The translations under genes and the position numbers were made by a program. The notes under the pieces are model-generated. The model had not been told where the DNA came from. It searched no databases and worked only from the letters and a program-made list of their open reading frames with translations. A DNA stretch of 64,000 nucleotides, taken from NCBI GenBank assembly GCA_965153285.1, contig OZ229110.1, one strand, 5' to 3'. This DNA is from Podarcis tiliguerta. Lineage: Eukaryota. Of this stretch, positions 62,701 to 64,000 are shown piece after piece (position 1 is the stretch's first letter; the number at the start of each line of letters is the position of its first letter).

Positions 62701-64000
62701 TGTGCAGGGGGCTAGAAATAGGTAATGGAAACTTCTCCACAACTTCTCCTAATCACATTTCCCAGGATTGTTTATGAGAAGCCACAACAGTATAAAACCA
62801 AAATAAGTATCTGGTGCAGATAAACGGCTTTGAGTATTTTTCTTGCAATCAAGCAGTATATGCATGTATGAAAGCAATATGCTCTGTATGAACTGTGAGT
62901 GGTCAGGAGGCTGCAAATCAGGGGCAGGGAACCTATTGCTTTCCAGGTGTTGTTGGACTCCAACTCCCATTGGCCCCGGCCAGCAGGGGATGATATGAGT
63001 TGCAGTCCAACAACATCTGGAAAGCAATAGGTTCCTCATCCCTGCTGCCTTTCCAGCATTTGAAGGGCAGGCCGTCATTTGGCTGTAGCACTTGTAACAT
63101 GCTGGAGTTGACTTTTTCATCAGATTTGCAATGGTTAAACCAAGCTTCAGAATGGTCCAGTACATTAAAGTTGCCTCTCCAACCCCCACATTCTGGCTCA
63201 ATGTATATTTTCAGGTGCCTTGAACCATATGCAAATCCAGAGTTCAGGAAATACCAGTTCAGCACATGCACTGAAAAAGTTGAACCATCTTGACTTCAAC
63301 ATGTAACAACCATTGTTTTTTCCCCTATTAAAAAAACACACCATGCTATTTGAAACATCATCAAATCTGGGTTATTTCTGGTAAGTCAAGGTTCCATTTA
63401 TCTTTAATTAGCCCAACCGTACATAAATATCTTCTAGATGAGCATCACACGGACACTTATTTTTGCATGCATATGGCATTTCGTTAATAAGAAAAATGTG
63501 TTTTCAATTTTCCCCAGCGCAAATAGGAGAGGGAGACGCCAGGTGTTTTTGTATTATTTTATCTGAATAGTTGTGACTTATCTAACTCAATCAGATTGCA
63601 ACATGGGACCTGATTCACTTTCACCAACCCGTTCACTTTGTACATCATGACCCACATCATTTACTTACAGACTTTCGGAGGCAGGTATTCATTTGGAAAT
63701 TAACCACTGAGATGCAGGCAGTTTGCTGCTGGGAAAAGACCTCTCTTTGGCAAAGAGGACAGAAAGGCAGGTGCCTGCTTTGATGCCTGGATAACAAGAG
63801 GTGCTTGCTCTCATGTCACTAAATTCAACCTTTGCATAATGGGTCTGCCCTCGAAATGAACAATGTAAGCATTACACCAAATTAAGCCGCTGTTTAAACA
63901 GGAGCGCAGCAATGAGAGCACAGTGATAGCTAGAACATCATGTTATACTTCTGTCTTGTTTGTTTATCCAGCACTGCTCTGAGTCATTTTATACCCTGCA

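Noticed and set aside
56600-64000. AMBRA1 last exon, expected by synteny
   Set aside because: No recognisable AMBRA1 peptide; it probably lies beyond the window.

Overview
Vertebrate genomic DNA from a squamate reptile: Sauria SINE, BovB/RTE and squamate-type CR1 and hAT repeats point to a lizard, plausibly a lacertid. Two genes are firmly recognisable in the conserved DGKZ-MDK-CHRM4-AMBRA1 block. Midkine (MDK, + strand) has 4 coding exons at 9148-12030 and encodes 142 aa. Muscarinic receptor M4 (CHRM4, - strand) has a single coding exon at 20777-22189 and encodes 470 aa. The two genes are convergent. No DGKZ or AMBRA1 coding sequence was recognised. The rest is non-coding and rich in transposons: a young 5'-truncated CR1 LINE with an unbroken ORF2 (49512-52201), a decayed L1, RTE/BovB fragments, five Sauria SINEs, tRNA-headed SINEs with CR1 tails, and many hAT, Tc1/mariner and Harbinger-like MITEs. 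The most notable observations are: (1) the only CpG-island-like stretch upstream of CHRM4 is cargo inside a 973-bp hAT element (perfect 17-bp TIRs, 8-bp TSD) nested in an RTE LINE, and it carries a splice donor phase-compatible with CHRM4; (2) the CHRM4 frame stays open to its splice acceptor, suggesting an N-terminally extended M4; (3) nine exon-like segments upstream of MDK may be an unannotated gene, pseudogene or lncRNA; (4) SINEs with two different tRNA heads share one CR1 tail. I see no convincing evidence of a wholly new biological system; these are leads to test.
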